The position numbers and the translations under genes are program-made. From NCBI RefSeq assembly GCF_003945235.1, contig NZ_RSDW01000001.1:3180001-3212000 (forward strand): a stretch of 32,000 nt of DNA, in the 5' to 3' direction. Source of the DNA: Edaphobacter aggregans. GTDB lineage: Bacteria; Acidobacteriota; Terriglobia; Terriglobales; Acidobacteriaceae. The notes under the pieces were generated by a model. The model was not told where the DNA came from. It ran no database searches and saw nothing but the letters and a program-made list of their open reading frames with translations. Positions 8,853 to 17,091 of this stretch are shown here, one piece after another (the first letter of the stretch is position 1; each line of letters opens with the position of its first letter).

Positions 8853-9305
8853 TTAGACAGCTGCAGCGTCAGCGGCAGGAGCTTCGGCAGCGACAACGTC
8901 GGCCACTTCAGCAACCGGAGCCTCAGCCTGTACCTGCGCCGGAGCGGCAGCAGGAAGCGAGCTGCGCTTCACCTTCGTATCGCGGATCGCCTTCACCTTC
9001 GCCAGGCGCTTCTCTTCCTCGTCCATGCGCACGGTGATGAACTTGATCACCTGCTCAGAGACCCGGAGGCGACGCTCGATCTCAGTGATCAGCGAGCCAG
9101 CGGCAACAATCGTCAGCAGCACGTAGAAGCCGTCGTTGAACTTGCGGACCGTGTAAGCCAGCCGGCGGCGGCCCATCTTCTCTACGCTCTTGATCTCGCC
9201 GCCACCATTGGTGACATTGGCCGAGAAACCTTCAATCAGCTTGTCGAGGTCGGCTTCTTCAACGTCCGGCCGGACGATGAACATAATTTCGTAAGTGCGA
9301 TTCAT
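8853..9305 (-). CDS. rpsF: 30S ribosomal protein S6, with an Ala/Glu/Val-rich C-terminal tail
   Basis: The internal ATG at 9305 gives MNRTYEIMFIVRPDVEE...KMGRRRLAYTVRKFNDGFYVLL, the canonical S6 start. The longer track ORF (to 9455) would overlap the pth 3' end and adds an Arg-rich non-homologous extension. Confidence 0.9.
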   Translation of the reverse strand: MNRTYEIMFIVRPDVEEADLDKLIEGFSANVTNGGGEIKSVEKMGRRRLAYTVRKFNDGFYVLLTIVAAGSLITEIERRLRVSEQVIKFITVRMDEEEKRLAKVKAIRDTKVKRSSLPAAAPAQVQAEAPVAEVADVVAAEAPAADAAAV

Positions 9306-9393
9306 TCGTTTACTTCTTTCTGCGAAGTTCTGCTTCGCACCGTGCTGGCGTCTGTTCTGCCAACCCGGTCTGGAATCTACTGCGTTGTACTGC

Positions 9394-10023
9394 CTACTTC
9401 TCCTTCGGCTCGTCCGAATCCTTCTCAGGGTCCGTCGGCCGACGGTTGAACTCATTCATCGCGGCGCTGACACCTTGCGTCAGCACCATCTCGACAGCAT
9501 CTTCCACGCGGTCGAGCACCTCATCCAGCACCGCAAGCTCCTGCTTGCGCATCGGCGACAGTAAGTAATCCTTGCCGCCCGCCTTAATCTCTCTACCATC
9601 CGCCAACGCTGGCTTCCCAACGCCAATCCGGATTCGCAACCACTCCTCGGTCCCAAGCGCGCCCGAAACCGACTTCACTCCGTTGTGCCCGTTCGGTCTT
9701 CCATCCCTGCGAATCCGAATCGTACCCAACGGCAATGCCAGCTCGTCGTAGAGGACGATCACATCCTCCGAGACGTTCTCAATCTCAAGCTCACGAACCA
9801 GCGCGGCCACCGAAAGCCCGCTCAAATTCATGAAGGTCTCAGGCTTGGCCAGCAGAACATCCTGTCCCGCAAGCCGTACCCTGGCCGTTAGAGCCCTGCC
9901 TCGACGGTTCGTGACGGCCACACCGCAATCCTCTGCGATCCGATCCACCGCCAGAAACCCGGCGTTATGTGGCGTGAACTGATACTCAATCCCGGGATTC
10001 CCGAGTCCGACAATCAACTTCAC
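9394..10023 (-). CDS. pth: Peptidyl-tRNA hydrolase
   Basis: 209 aa with a GTG start preceded by GGAGA at 7 nt. MKLIVGLGNPGIEYQFTPHNAGF and the later GHNG motif are canonical Pth. Confidence 0.95.
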   Translation of the reverse strand: MKLIVGLGNPGIEYQFTPHNAGFLAVDRIAEDCGVAVTNRRGRALTARVRLAGQDVLLAKPETFMNLSGLSVAALVRELEIENVSEDVIVLYDELALPLGTIRIRRDGRPNGHNGVKSVSGALGTEEWLRIRIGVGKPALADGREIKAGGKDYLLSPMRKQELAVLDEVLDRVEDAVEMVLTQGVSAAMNEFNRRPTDPEKDSDEPKEK

Positions 10024-10048
10024 GCCACGTTCTCCAAATCAGGGCAAT

Positions 10049-10099
10049 CAGGGGGTAGGCCGTTGTTTTTCTGCTCCCTACTCCCTGTTCCCTCGTCCC
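10049..10099 (-). other. G-run heptad repeat / stem-loop in the ctc-pth intercistronic spacer
   Basis: The minus strand reads GGGACGAGGGAACAGGGAGTAGGG (10099-10076), starting 5 nt after the ctc stop. CAGGGAGTAGG (10087-10077) can also pair with CCTACCCCCTG (10059-10049), giving 10 bp plus one mismatch. Confidence 0.5.
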
Positions 10100-10104
10100 T
10101 GTTC

Positions 10105-10803
10105 TTACTTCTTGCCGCCCTTGGCATCAGCCGCAGGTGCTGCTTCCGCAGTCTCGGTCTTGCCCTTCTTGGCAACTTCAGGTTCAGCCGGTGCAGCGGC
10201 CAGAGCATCAACCTCAGCAGGAGCCTCTTCCTTGATGATCGTGACGTGAGCCACAGTCGCATTCTCTTCAGCGAGGAACTTGATGCTGCCCGAGTGCGGC
10301 AGGTCCGACACATGGATCAAGCCATGCAGTTCGAGACCCGTAACGTCGACGTCAAGGTGGCTCGGAATATCACCGGGCAAGCACTCGATTTCGACTTCAC
10401 GCAGCACATGCTCCATGATGCCGCCCTGGTTCTTCACGCCCGTCGGGATACCAACCAGCTGAATCGGCACCGATACGCGCATCATCTTGTCCATCGCAAT
10501 CCGCTTCAGGTCGATATGCAGGAGCTTGCCCTTGATCGGCTCATTCTGCCAGTCGACGATCATGGCCTTCACCACGCCCGAACCCTCGACGTTCAAGTCG
10601 AAGATCGTGTTGTGGCCCGACTCGGAGTGCAAAATCCTGGTGATCGCGCGGGGGTCAACCGTAACCGCAACCGCGTCCTTGCCCGCACCGTAAACAACGG
10701 CGGGAATCTTGCCTGCAACGCGAACCCGGCGAGCGGCATTCTTGTTGAACTTGCCCTCGCGGACGGTTGCGACGATTGCTTCAGTGTTTGTTGTTGCTGC
10801 CAT
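10105..10803 (-). CDS. rplY: 50S ribosomal protein L25 / general stress protein Ctc, with an Ala/Lys-rich C-terminal tail
   Basis: 232 aa. REGKFNKNAARRVRVAGKIPAVVYGAGKD...HNTIFDLNVEG plus the C-terminal Ctc beta-domain (IECLPGDIPSHLDVDVTGLELH). Confidence 0.9.
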   Translation of the reverse strand: MAATTNTEAIVATVREGKFNKNAARRVRVAGKIPAVVYGAGKDAVAVTVDPRAITRILHSESGHNTIFDLNVEGSGVVKAMIVDWQNEPIKGKLLHIDLKRIAMDKMMRVSVPIQLVGIPTGVKNQGGIMEHVLREVEIECLPGDIPSHLDVDVTGLELHGLIHVSDLPHSGSIKFLAEENATVAHVTIIKEEAPAEVDALAAAPAEPEVAKKGKTETAEAAPAADAKGGKK

Positions 10804-10888
10804 GATCTTCTTTTCCTTTCGGGCACGAGGTTGAGCCTCGCTCCCTTTGCTACTTGGTTAATCCAAGCCGCTAACTGCAAACTGCGAC

Positions 10889-11989
10889 CTAGTCGAAGAG
10901 CCTGCTGACGCTGGTCTCCATGTGAATGCTCTCAATCGCCCTGCCGAGCAGTCCGGCAATCGAAAGCACCTTAATCTTCGGCACCCGCAGCGCATCTTCC
11001 CGCAGCGGAATGGTGTTCGTCACGATCAGCTCTTCCAACCGTGATGTTGCAATGCGCTCGACCGCCGGCCCTGAAAGCACCGCATGCGTCGCGCACGCAT
11101 AAACTTTTGCCGCGCCCTGATCCAGCAGCGCATCCGCCGTCTTCACAAGCGTTCCGGCGGTATCGATAATGTCGTCGAGGATCAAACACGTCCGGCCGCG
11201 TACATCGCCGATCACGTTCATCACCTCAGTTACATTAATGTCGGTCCGCCGCTTATCCACGATGGCCAACGGCACTTCCAACTTCTTGGCGAAAAATCTC
11301 GCCCGCTCCACGCCTCCCGCATCCGGCGAAACCACCGTCAGGTTCGGCAACTCCAAATCCCGGAAATAGCTCACCAGCACCGGGCTGGCAAACAGATGAT
11401 CCACCGGAATATTGAAGAATCCCTGTATCTGCGCCGCATGCAGATCGACCAGCAGAGCCCGGTTCGCACCGGCAGTCTGCAGCAGATCCGCAACCAGCTT
11501 CGACGTAATGGCAACACGCGGACGGTCCTTGCGGTCCTGCCTCGCATAGCCATAGTAGGGAATCACAACCGTGATGCGCCCGGCCGATGCGCGCTTCAGC
11601 GCGTCCATCATGATCAGCAGCTCCACGAGATGCTGATCGACTGGGTAACACGTAGGCTGAACGACAAATACGTCCGCACCGCGAACGTTTTCGAGCAGCT
11701 GAAAGTGAACCTCGCCGTCGGAGAATCTCTGCAACCGGGTCTCGCCCAGCGGCACACCGACGAACTTGCAAATCTCCTCGGCCAGCGGCCGGTTCGAAGA
11801 CCCGCAGAAAATCTTGAAGCGCTTTGGCTCTGGAATCCGTCCGGAGCGCTTCCTCTCCGAACTTGCCTTGGCCTGCCCGCCGGGCTGACCCTGCGCGGAG
11901 CCTTGGGGTTGAGGCTGGGAGCTCTCGTCTTGCTCCTCAGCCTGCCCTGAAATAGGGGAAAGAACTGCAGTCGTGTCTTGTTTGCTCAC
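10889..11989 (-). CDS. prs: Ribose-phosphate pyrophosphokinase (PRPP synthetase), with an N-terminal low-complexity extension
   Basis: The Prs core runs from FKIFCGSSNRPLAEEICKFVG through DLHAAQIQGFF and ILDDIIDTAGTL. I place the start at the GTG at 11989, which is preceded by GGAGG (12002-11998) at 8 nt. The track ORF extends to 12109 without RBS support. Confidence 0.85.
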   Translation of the reverse strand: MSKQDTTAVLSPISGQAEEQDESSQPQPQGSAQGQPGGQAKASSERKRSGRIPEPKRFKIFCGSSNRPLAEEICKFVGVPLGETRLQRFSDGEVHFQLLENVRGADVFVVQPTCYPVDQHLVELLIMMDALKRASAGRITVVIPYYGYARQDRKDRPRVAITSKLVADLLQTAGANRALLVDLHAAQIQGFFNIPVDHLFASPVLVSYFRDLELPNLTVVSPDAGGVERARFFAKKLEVPLAIVDKRRTDINVTEVMNVIGDVRGRTCLILDDIIDTAGTLVKTADALLDQGAAKVYACATHAVLSGPAVERIATSRLEELIVTNTIPLREDALRVPKIKVLSIAGLLGRAIESIHMETSVSRLFD

Positions 11990-12254
11990 GTTTGAAACCT
12001 CCAGGTTGGTTGACCTTGAATAGTTCCTGCTGCTTGGTCTTGCGAAGCCTTGTTGCGGCTCCGTTCTTCTTGCAAATCCTGTTGCGAATCCTGCAAAACG
12101 AAAGATCAATCTTCCAAACTTCTAACTTCTTCGTCCGCCCCTGCGTCTCTTGTTCTTCCTGCAGGCTGCGGCATCCAAAAATCGTTCAACTTCTGCGGCA
12201 CATTGTTGCCGCCAAAGAACCCTAACTTGCTCCTCGCATATGGCGTCGACTTGT

Positions 12255-12328
12255 TGGTTGGGCGACTAGGATTCGAACCTAGACAAAGAGATTCAAAGTC
12301 TCTTGACCTACCGTTAGTCGATCGCCCA
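12255..12328 (-). tRNA. tRNA-Gln (anticodon UUG), CCA encoded
   Basis: Hand-folded 74-nt cloverleaf. Acceptor stem TGGGCGA/TCGCCCA with U1-A72, as in bacterial tRNA-Gln. D stem GACT/GGTC. Anticodon stem AGAGA/TCTCT with loop CTTTGAA. T arm CTAGG-TTCGAAT-CCTAG. Discriminator A followed by CCA. Confidence 0.9.
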
Positions 12329-12364
12329 GTAAACCGCCGGATACTATCGCGATGACCGGCGTGG

Positions 12365-13513
12365 TCACCCTGCGAACATTCTCGTCCAGTAATCCTCTCG
12401 AGGCAAGGTACTCGTTACAAATGCCTTAACCCCGGACGCCTGAACGCGCCGTTGAGCAGCCTCTGCGTCCGCCTCGGACCGGTAAAGTCCAAACAAGGCA
12501 GAGCCCGATCCCGACAGAGCTGCGTATATCGCAGGGCTGTCAGTAGCACCCGTTTCATTACCCATCAATTGACGCTTGGTTATTCGCAAGGAGGGATACT
12601 GCGGAAACACAACATCTTCAAAGTCATTATGAAGATCGCGGTTTCCAATCCCGGTGCGGACAAGCGCGAGAAGGGCATTCTCGGCCAGATCGTTCAGCGC
12701 ATAACTCTGGTTCTCACCAGATAAACCCTGTTTTTTCTCAGGATTAGGATCGCGAACGATACCGGAGGTGCCGGACTTACTATCACCTGTCTTCGCAGAG
12801 AGGGACGCGTAAGCAAGACTCAACTCATTTAGTCTATCGGGGTTATCCACAGAAGTCAATCCAGCCCCCGACGCCTGAGACCCAACCCCCGACCCAGCTT
12901 CAATCCTGTCTGATTCCCCTGACGCCCCGGCCACCAAAGCATCCCAATCCCGAAAAGCCGCCGGAGTCGAAACCCCCACCGCCGGAACCGCCACCACACA
13001 CCACGTCCGGGGCAAATCCGGCATAGGGACGACTAACTCCCCCCGCCCCAACCCCAAAACCGCCCCACCAATCAGAAACAAAGGCACATCCGACCCCACC
13101 TCAGCCGCCAGCTTTAACCGCTCCACCCCCGGCAGAGCCAGCCCAAGCTCCCGCTCCAACCCAATCAAAGCCGCCGCAGCATTCGCCGACCCAGCCCCCA
13201 TCCCCCCCTGCACGGGCAGCCGCTTCTCTATATGGATATCGACCTCAGCTGTCACCCCTAGCCGTTCCAACCCTCGCTCAACCATCTTCCAGCAAGTATT
13301 CCGCCCATCCGTAGGAACCCGAACATCGTTAGTCGTCAGCGAGATCCGCGTAGCCGAACCCGAAGCCGGTCGAGCCGTAACCGTAACCAAATCAAACAGA
13401 TCCAACGTCTGATACAGCGTAGTCAGCCCATGAAACCCATCCGGACGCACCGGCCCAATCGCCAACCCCAAATTAACCTTCGAATAAGACCGAACAATCG
13501 TCCCCATAGACAC
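12365..13513 (-). CDS. ispE: 4-(cytidine 5'-diphospho)-2-C-methyl-D-erythritol kinase, with a roughly 80-aa internal insertion
   Basis: 382 aa. SYSKVNLGLAIGPVRPDGFHGL, the GHMP kinase motif KRLPVQGGMGAGSANAAAAL, and C-terminal LSGSGSALFGLY. The start is either the GTG at 13513 or the ATG at 13507. Confidence 0.9.
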   Translation of the reverse strand: MSMGTIVRSYSKVNLGLAIGPVRPDGFHGLTTLYQTLDLFDLVTVTARPASGSATRISLTTNDVRVPTDGRNTCWKMVERGLERLGVTAEVDIHIEKRLPVQGGMGAGSANAAAALIGLERELGLALPGVERLKLAAEVGSDVPLFLIGGAVLGLGRGELVVPMPDLPRTWCVVAVPAVGVSTPAAFRDWDALVAGASGESDRIEAGSGVGSQASGAGLTSVDNPDRLNELSLAYASLSAKTGDSKSGTSGIVRDPNPEKKQGLSGENQSYALNDLAENALLALVRTGIGNRDLHNDFEDVVFPQYPSLRITKRQLMGNETGATDSPAIYAALSGSGSALFGLYRSEADAEAAQRRVQASGVKAFVTSTLPREDYWTRMFAG

Positions 13514-13680
13514 CCATTCTAGGTGTCAAGGAGCTGCGGAACGAAGTTTTACCGATTCGATCTGAGTTGTCCCCTACCCCGCCCTCACCACATTCGCTAA
13601 CCAGCACACCTATTCTTTATCACCAGAATCCAAGCTATCCTGTCTTCAGACATCCCTGCTCAATCAGTCAGGAGCCACCC

Positions 13681-15450
13681 TTGCGCCCAGCCGCCGCCCG
13701 CATCGCTGCATCTTTCGTCGCCCTCACCTTCCTTGCGACAACGCTTCAGGCTCAGCAGCCCAATCTCGAGCCAACTCGCGCTCCTCATGCAATGGTCGTC
13801 ACAGTCGAGCACAACGCCACCGACGCAGGAGTAGAGATCCTCAAACAGGGAGGCAACGCAGTCGATGCCGCCGTAGCCGTACACTTCGCGCTCGCCGTCG
13901 TCTACCCTTTCGCCGGCAACCTCGGCGGAGGCGGCTTCATGCTCATCCGCGACAAACACGGCAAATCCCATTTCCTCGATTACCGCGAAAAGGCCCCCGC
14001 TGCTGCTACCCGTGACATGTACCTCGACGCCAAGGGCGACATCGTCCCCCGCATGTCGCTCGTCGGTTACAAGGCCAGCGGAGTCCCCGGCTCAGTCGCT
14101 GGCGTGGTCTACGCGCAAAAGCACTTCGGTAAACTCACCCTCGCCCAGGACATGGCCCCTGCCATCCGCCTCGCCACCGAGGGCTTCGTTCTCTCCGACG
14201 CCGAAGCGCGCATGTTGCAGAGCAAGAACATGACGCTCTTCCCGGCCTCCGCGCATATCTACCAGCGTGATGGCAACTTCTATAAAGAAGGCGAGACCTT
14301 CAAGCAGCCCGAGCTCGCCGCCACCCTCGTCCGCATCTCCAAAGACCCCGACGAGTTCTACAAAGGCGCGATGGCCCACCAGATCGCCGACGTCGAAAAA
14401 GCCGGCGGCGGCCTCATCACCGCCGAAGACCTCGCCGCCTACCAGGTCAAAGATCGCGAGCCCATCAAAGGAAAGTACCGCGGCTACGACATCATCACAG
14501 CTCCGCCACCCTCCTCCGGCGGCATCGTCCTCGTCGAGATCCTCAACATTCTCTCCACCTACGACCTGCCCAAGTTAGGCTCCGACCGCAGCGCCGCCCA
14601 GGTCCACATCATCACCGAAGCCTTCCGCCGAGCCTACATGGACCGCTCCGACTACCTCGGCGATCCCGACTTCAACACCCTCCCCTTGAAGCAGATGGCC
14701 AATCCGAAATACGCCGCCGCATGGCGCGCCTCCATCGACCCCGGCAAGCCCACGCCAAGCAAAAACCTGACCCGTCCGGCAGGCTTCCTCCCGCCTCCGC
14801 CTTCCGCGACGAAGACAAAAGAATCCACCGAGACCACACACTTCTCCATCGTCGACTCGGAGGGCAACTCCGTCGCCAGCACCACCACACTCAACGGCGG
14901 CTTCGGCTGCGGAGTCACCATCGCAGGCCTCGGCTTCCTCATGAACAACGAGATGGACGACTTCACCTCCAAGGTCGGTGTTCCCAACATGTACGGCCTC
15001 ATGCAGAGCTCCGCCAACTCCATCGAGCCGGGCAAACGACCACTCTCTGCCATGACTCCCACCATCATTACCACACATGGCACCATGTTCCACCGGCCAA
15101 AACTCGCCTATGTCATGGGAACCCCGGGCGGTTCTACCATCATCACCACCGTCGCCAACGACGTCATCAGCGCCATCGACAACGGCCTCAACATCCAGGC
15201 TGTCGCGGATGCCCCACGCTTCCACCATCAGTATCTTCCCGACCGCCTCGACTTCGAAAAAAAGTTCCCCGACGACATCGTCACCCAGCTGAAAGCCATG
15301 GGCTATGACACCAATCGTAATCAGGCAGCCGACGACAAAAGTCCTGGCCTCTGGGGCGACTCCGAACTCATAGCCGTCGACCCCAATACCGGCGAACTTC
15401 TCGGCGGCCACGATTCCAGAAGGGCCTTCGGGAAAGCAGCAGGCTACTAA
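13681..15450 (+). CDS. ggt: Gamma-glutamyltransferase (secreted)
   Basis: Canonical GGT motifs are present (GGNAVDAAVA, GNLGGGGFM, the autoprocessing site TTHFSIVD, GSTIITT). I place the start at the TTG at 13681, preceded by AGGAG (13670-13674). This yields a clean signal peptide, (M)RPAAARIAASFVALTFLATTLQA-QQ. The track ORF starts upstream at 13567. Confidence 0.9.
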   Translation: MRPAAARIAASFVALTFLATTLQAQQPNLEPTRAPHAMVVTVEHNATDAGVEILKQGGNAVDAAVAVHFALAVVYPFAGNLGGGGFMLIRDKHGKSHFLDYREKAPAAATRDMYLDAKGDIVPRMSLVGYKASGVPGSVAGVVYAQKHFGKLTLAQDMAPAIRLATEGFVLSDAEARMLQSKNMTLFPASAHIYQRDGNFYKEGETFKQPELAATLVRISKDPDEFYKGAMAHQIADVEKAGGGLITAEDLAAYQVKDREPIKGKYRGYDIITAPPPSSGGIVLVEILNILSTYDLPKLGSDRSAAQVHIITEAFRRAYMDRSDYLGDPDFNTLPLKQMANPKYAAAWRASIDPGKPTPSKNLTRPAGFLPPPPSATKTKESTETTHFSIVDSEGNSVASTTTLNGGFGCGVTIAGLGFLMNNEMDDFTSKVGVPNMYGLMQSSANSIEPGKRPLSAMTPTIITTHGTMFHRPKLAYVMGTPGGSTIITTVANDVISAIDNGLNIQAVADAPRFHHQYLPDRLDFEKKFPDDIVTQLKAMGYDTNRNQAADDKSPGLWGDSELIAVDPNTGELLGGHDSRRAFGKAAGY

Positions 15451-15468
15451 CCGCGAACAGAGCGCGCC

Positions 15469-15502
15469 CGCTGTGCGGAAGGAAGCATCCAACCGCACAG
15501 CG
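15469..15502 (+). other. Perfect 10-bp stem-loop between ggt and the DUF72 gene
   Basis: cgctgtgcgg (15469-15478) pairs perfectly with ccgcacagcg (15493-15502). The 14-nt loop aaggaagcatccaa carries an SD-like AAGGAAG. The stem ends 3 nt before the ATG at 15506. Confidence 0.6.
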
Positions 15503-15505
15503 CCC

Positions 15506-16222
15506 ATGAAACGCCCTCGCATTGGCACCGCTGGCTGGAGCATTCCTTCGCACCACGCCGCCATCTTCCCGGGCTCGGGCACTCATCTCGAACGCTACTC
15601 TCGCGCCTTCAACTGCGTGGAGGTCAACTCCTCGTTCTATCGCTCCCATCGTCTCTCTACTTGGGCAAGATGGGCCGATTCAGTTCCAGAAGATTTTCAC
15701 TTTGCCGCCAAAGCTCCAAAGGCAATCACCCACGAAGCAAAGCTCAACTGCACAATCGAACAGTTGCAGGCCTTCCTTCAGGAGGCGAACACCCTCGGTC
15801 AAAAACTAGGCCCAATTCTCTTTCAACTTCCACCCAGTTTCTCTTTCGACGAACCGCGCGCAAAGACTTTCTTCATCATGCTTCGCGATCTCTACTCAGC
15901 ATACGTCGTTCTTGAACCACGGCACCCAACCTGGTTCACGCAGGAGGTCGATCAACTCCTGAGAAACTACGAAATCGCACGCGTAGCAGCCGATCCCGCA
16001 ATCACGCCAGAAGCCGGTGAACCCGGAGGTAACAAGCGTCTCATCTATTACCGGCTCCACGGCTCTCCGCACACCTATTACTCAGCCTATAGCGAAACTT
16101 ATCTCGCCAACCTCGCCGCAGCAATCCATAACCATATCGACGCCGACGTGTGGTGCATCTTCGATAACACAGCCGCCGGCGCAGCAATCGAAGACGCACA
16201 AACTCTCCAACGGTTACTATGA
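15506..16222 (+). CDS. DUF72 (YecE-like) domain protein
   Basis: MKRPRIGTAGWSIP...YSRAFNCVEVNSSFYR...FHFAAKAPKAITH...ILFQLPPSF are the hallmark DUF72 motifs. An alternative GTG start at 15473 lies inside the upstream hairpin. Confidence 0.8.
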   Translation: MKRPRIGTAGWSIPSHHAAIFPGSGTHLERYSRAFNCVEVNSSFYRSHRLSTWARWADSVPEDFHFAAKAPKAITHEAKLNCTIEQLQAFLQEANTLGQKLGPILFQLPPSFSFDEPRAKTFFIMLRDLYSAYVVLEPRHPTWFTQEVDQLLRNYEIARVAADPAITPEAGEPGGNKRLIYYRLHGSPHTYYSAYSETYLANLAAAIHNHIDADVWCIFDNTAAGAAIEDAQTLQRLL

Positions 16223-16319
16223 CGGAGACCAGCTCAGCGAACACTTCGAGGCCTACCCTATGTCCCTCTTACTACCTACAACCTAGCAACTGGCCTCGTC
16301 GAACTTGTAAAAGCAGAGC

Positions 16320-17078
16320 CTATTTACCGATCACTTTATCAATCGCCGCCTGCGCCAGCGGAGCCATAATGGCATACCCCTTCGCATTCGGATGTACGCC
16401 ATCGCTGCTCAATCCAGCCTTCATTCCGCCATTGTCATCCGCCATCGCCGAGTAGTAATCCAGATATGTAATCGAATGATTCGTGGCATATCCAGCCAGC
16501 CACGCATTCAGCGTTTTGATCTTCCCCGCCGGAGCCATCCCTGGCTTCCACGGATAATCAGCCGCCGGCAGAATCGAAGCCACAATCACCCGAATCCCAT
16601 TCGCCTTCGCCAAATCCACCATCGAGCGAAAGTTATCCTCTGTCATCTCCGGAGTCATTGGCCCCGTGTTCCCGGCAATATCGTTCGTTCCTGCCAGAAT
16701 CACCACAGCCCTCGGATGCAGATTGATCACATCCTGCCGAAACCGTATCACCATCTGCGGTGTAGTCTGCCCGCTGATCCCGCGGTTCACATACGGCTTC
16801 GCCGGAAAGAACTCACCTGTATCCGGCCTGCGCCCCCATGCATCCGTAATCGAATCTCCATAGAACACCACGCGATCCTCACTTGAAGGCAATGGCCCAA
16901 GCGCCGCATTCTCCGCCTTATACCGATTCAACTGTGGCCAATCGTCCAGCTTCGCCTTCATCGCGGCGATCTGCTTGTCCGTATCGACAGCCGGTGCCGC
17001 GGGAACAGTCGCCTGACCCCACCCCGCCGTTTCCACAATCATCAAGCCCGCCAAAAACAAACACGCCACACTCTTCAT
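16320..17078 (-). CDS. SGNH/GDSL-type hydrolase (secreted), tandem paralog 1
   Basis: The ATG at 17078 is preceded by GAGGAGG. There is a signal peptide (MKSVACLFLAGLMIV), and SGNH blocks I (FYGDSITD), II (GISGQTT), III (ILAGTNDI) and V (DGVHPNAKGY). Confidence 0.85.
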   Translation of the reverse strand: MKSVACLFLAGLMIVETAGWGQATVPAAPAVDTDKQIAAMKAKLDDWPQLNRYKAENAALGPLPSSEDRVVFYGDSITDAWGRRPDTGEFFPAKPYVNRGISGQTTPQMVIRFRQDVINLHPRAVVILAGTNDIAGNTGPMTPEMTEDNFRSMVDLAKANGIRVIVASILPAADYPWKPGMAPAGKIKTLNAWLAGYATNHSITYLDYYSAMADDNGGMKAGLSSDGVHPNAKGYAIMAPLAQAAIDKVIGK

Positions 17079-17091
17079 CCACGCCTCCTCT

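Noticed and set aside
8793-9449. 218-aa plus-strand ORF, and the 200-aa minus ORF extended to 9455
   Set aside because: The plus ORF is antisense to rpsF. The minus-strand extension upstream of the MNRTYEIMFIV start is Arg-rich, is not homologous to S6, and would overlap the pth 3' end. I prefer the ATG at 9305.
9967-10908. 313-aa plus-strand ORF
   Set aside because: It is antisense to the pth 5' end and the whole of L25/ctc. It has no RBS or motifs and is a shadow ORF.
11990-12109. Upstream 40 codons of the 406-aa prs ORF (MIFRFAGFATGFARR...)
   Set aside because: There is no RBS at 12109, and the sequence is low-complexity Phe/Arg-rich. A GGAGG-N8-GTG at 11989 is a much better initiation context. 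I have not ruled it out completely.
14575-15582. 335-aa minus-strand ORF (plus the nested ORFs at 14652..15086 and 14672..14890)
   Set aside because: It is antisense to ggt, whose frame carries all the canonical GGT motifs. The antisense translation is Gly/Val/Ala/Asp-rich with no recognisable domain.
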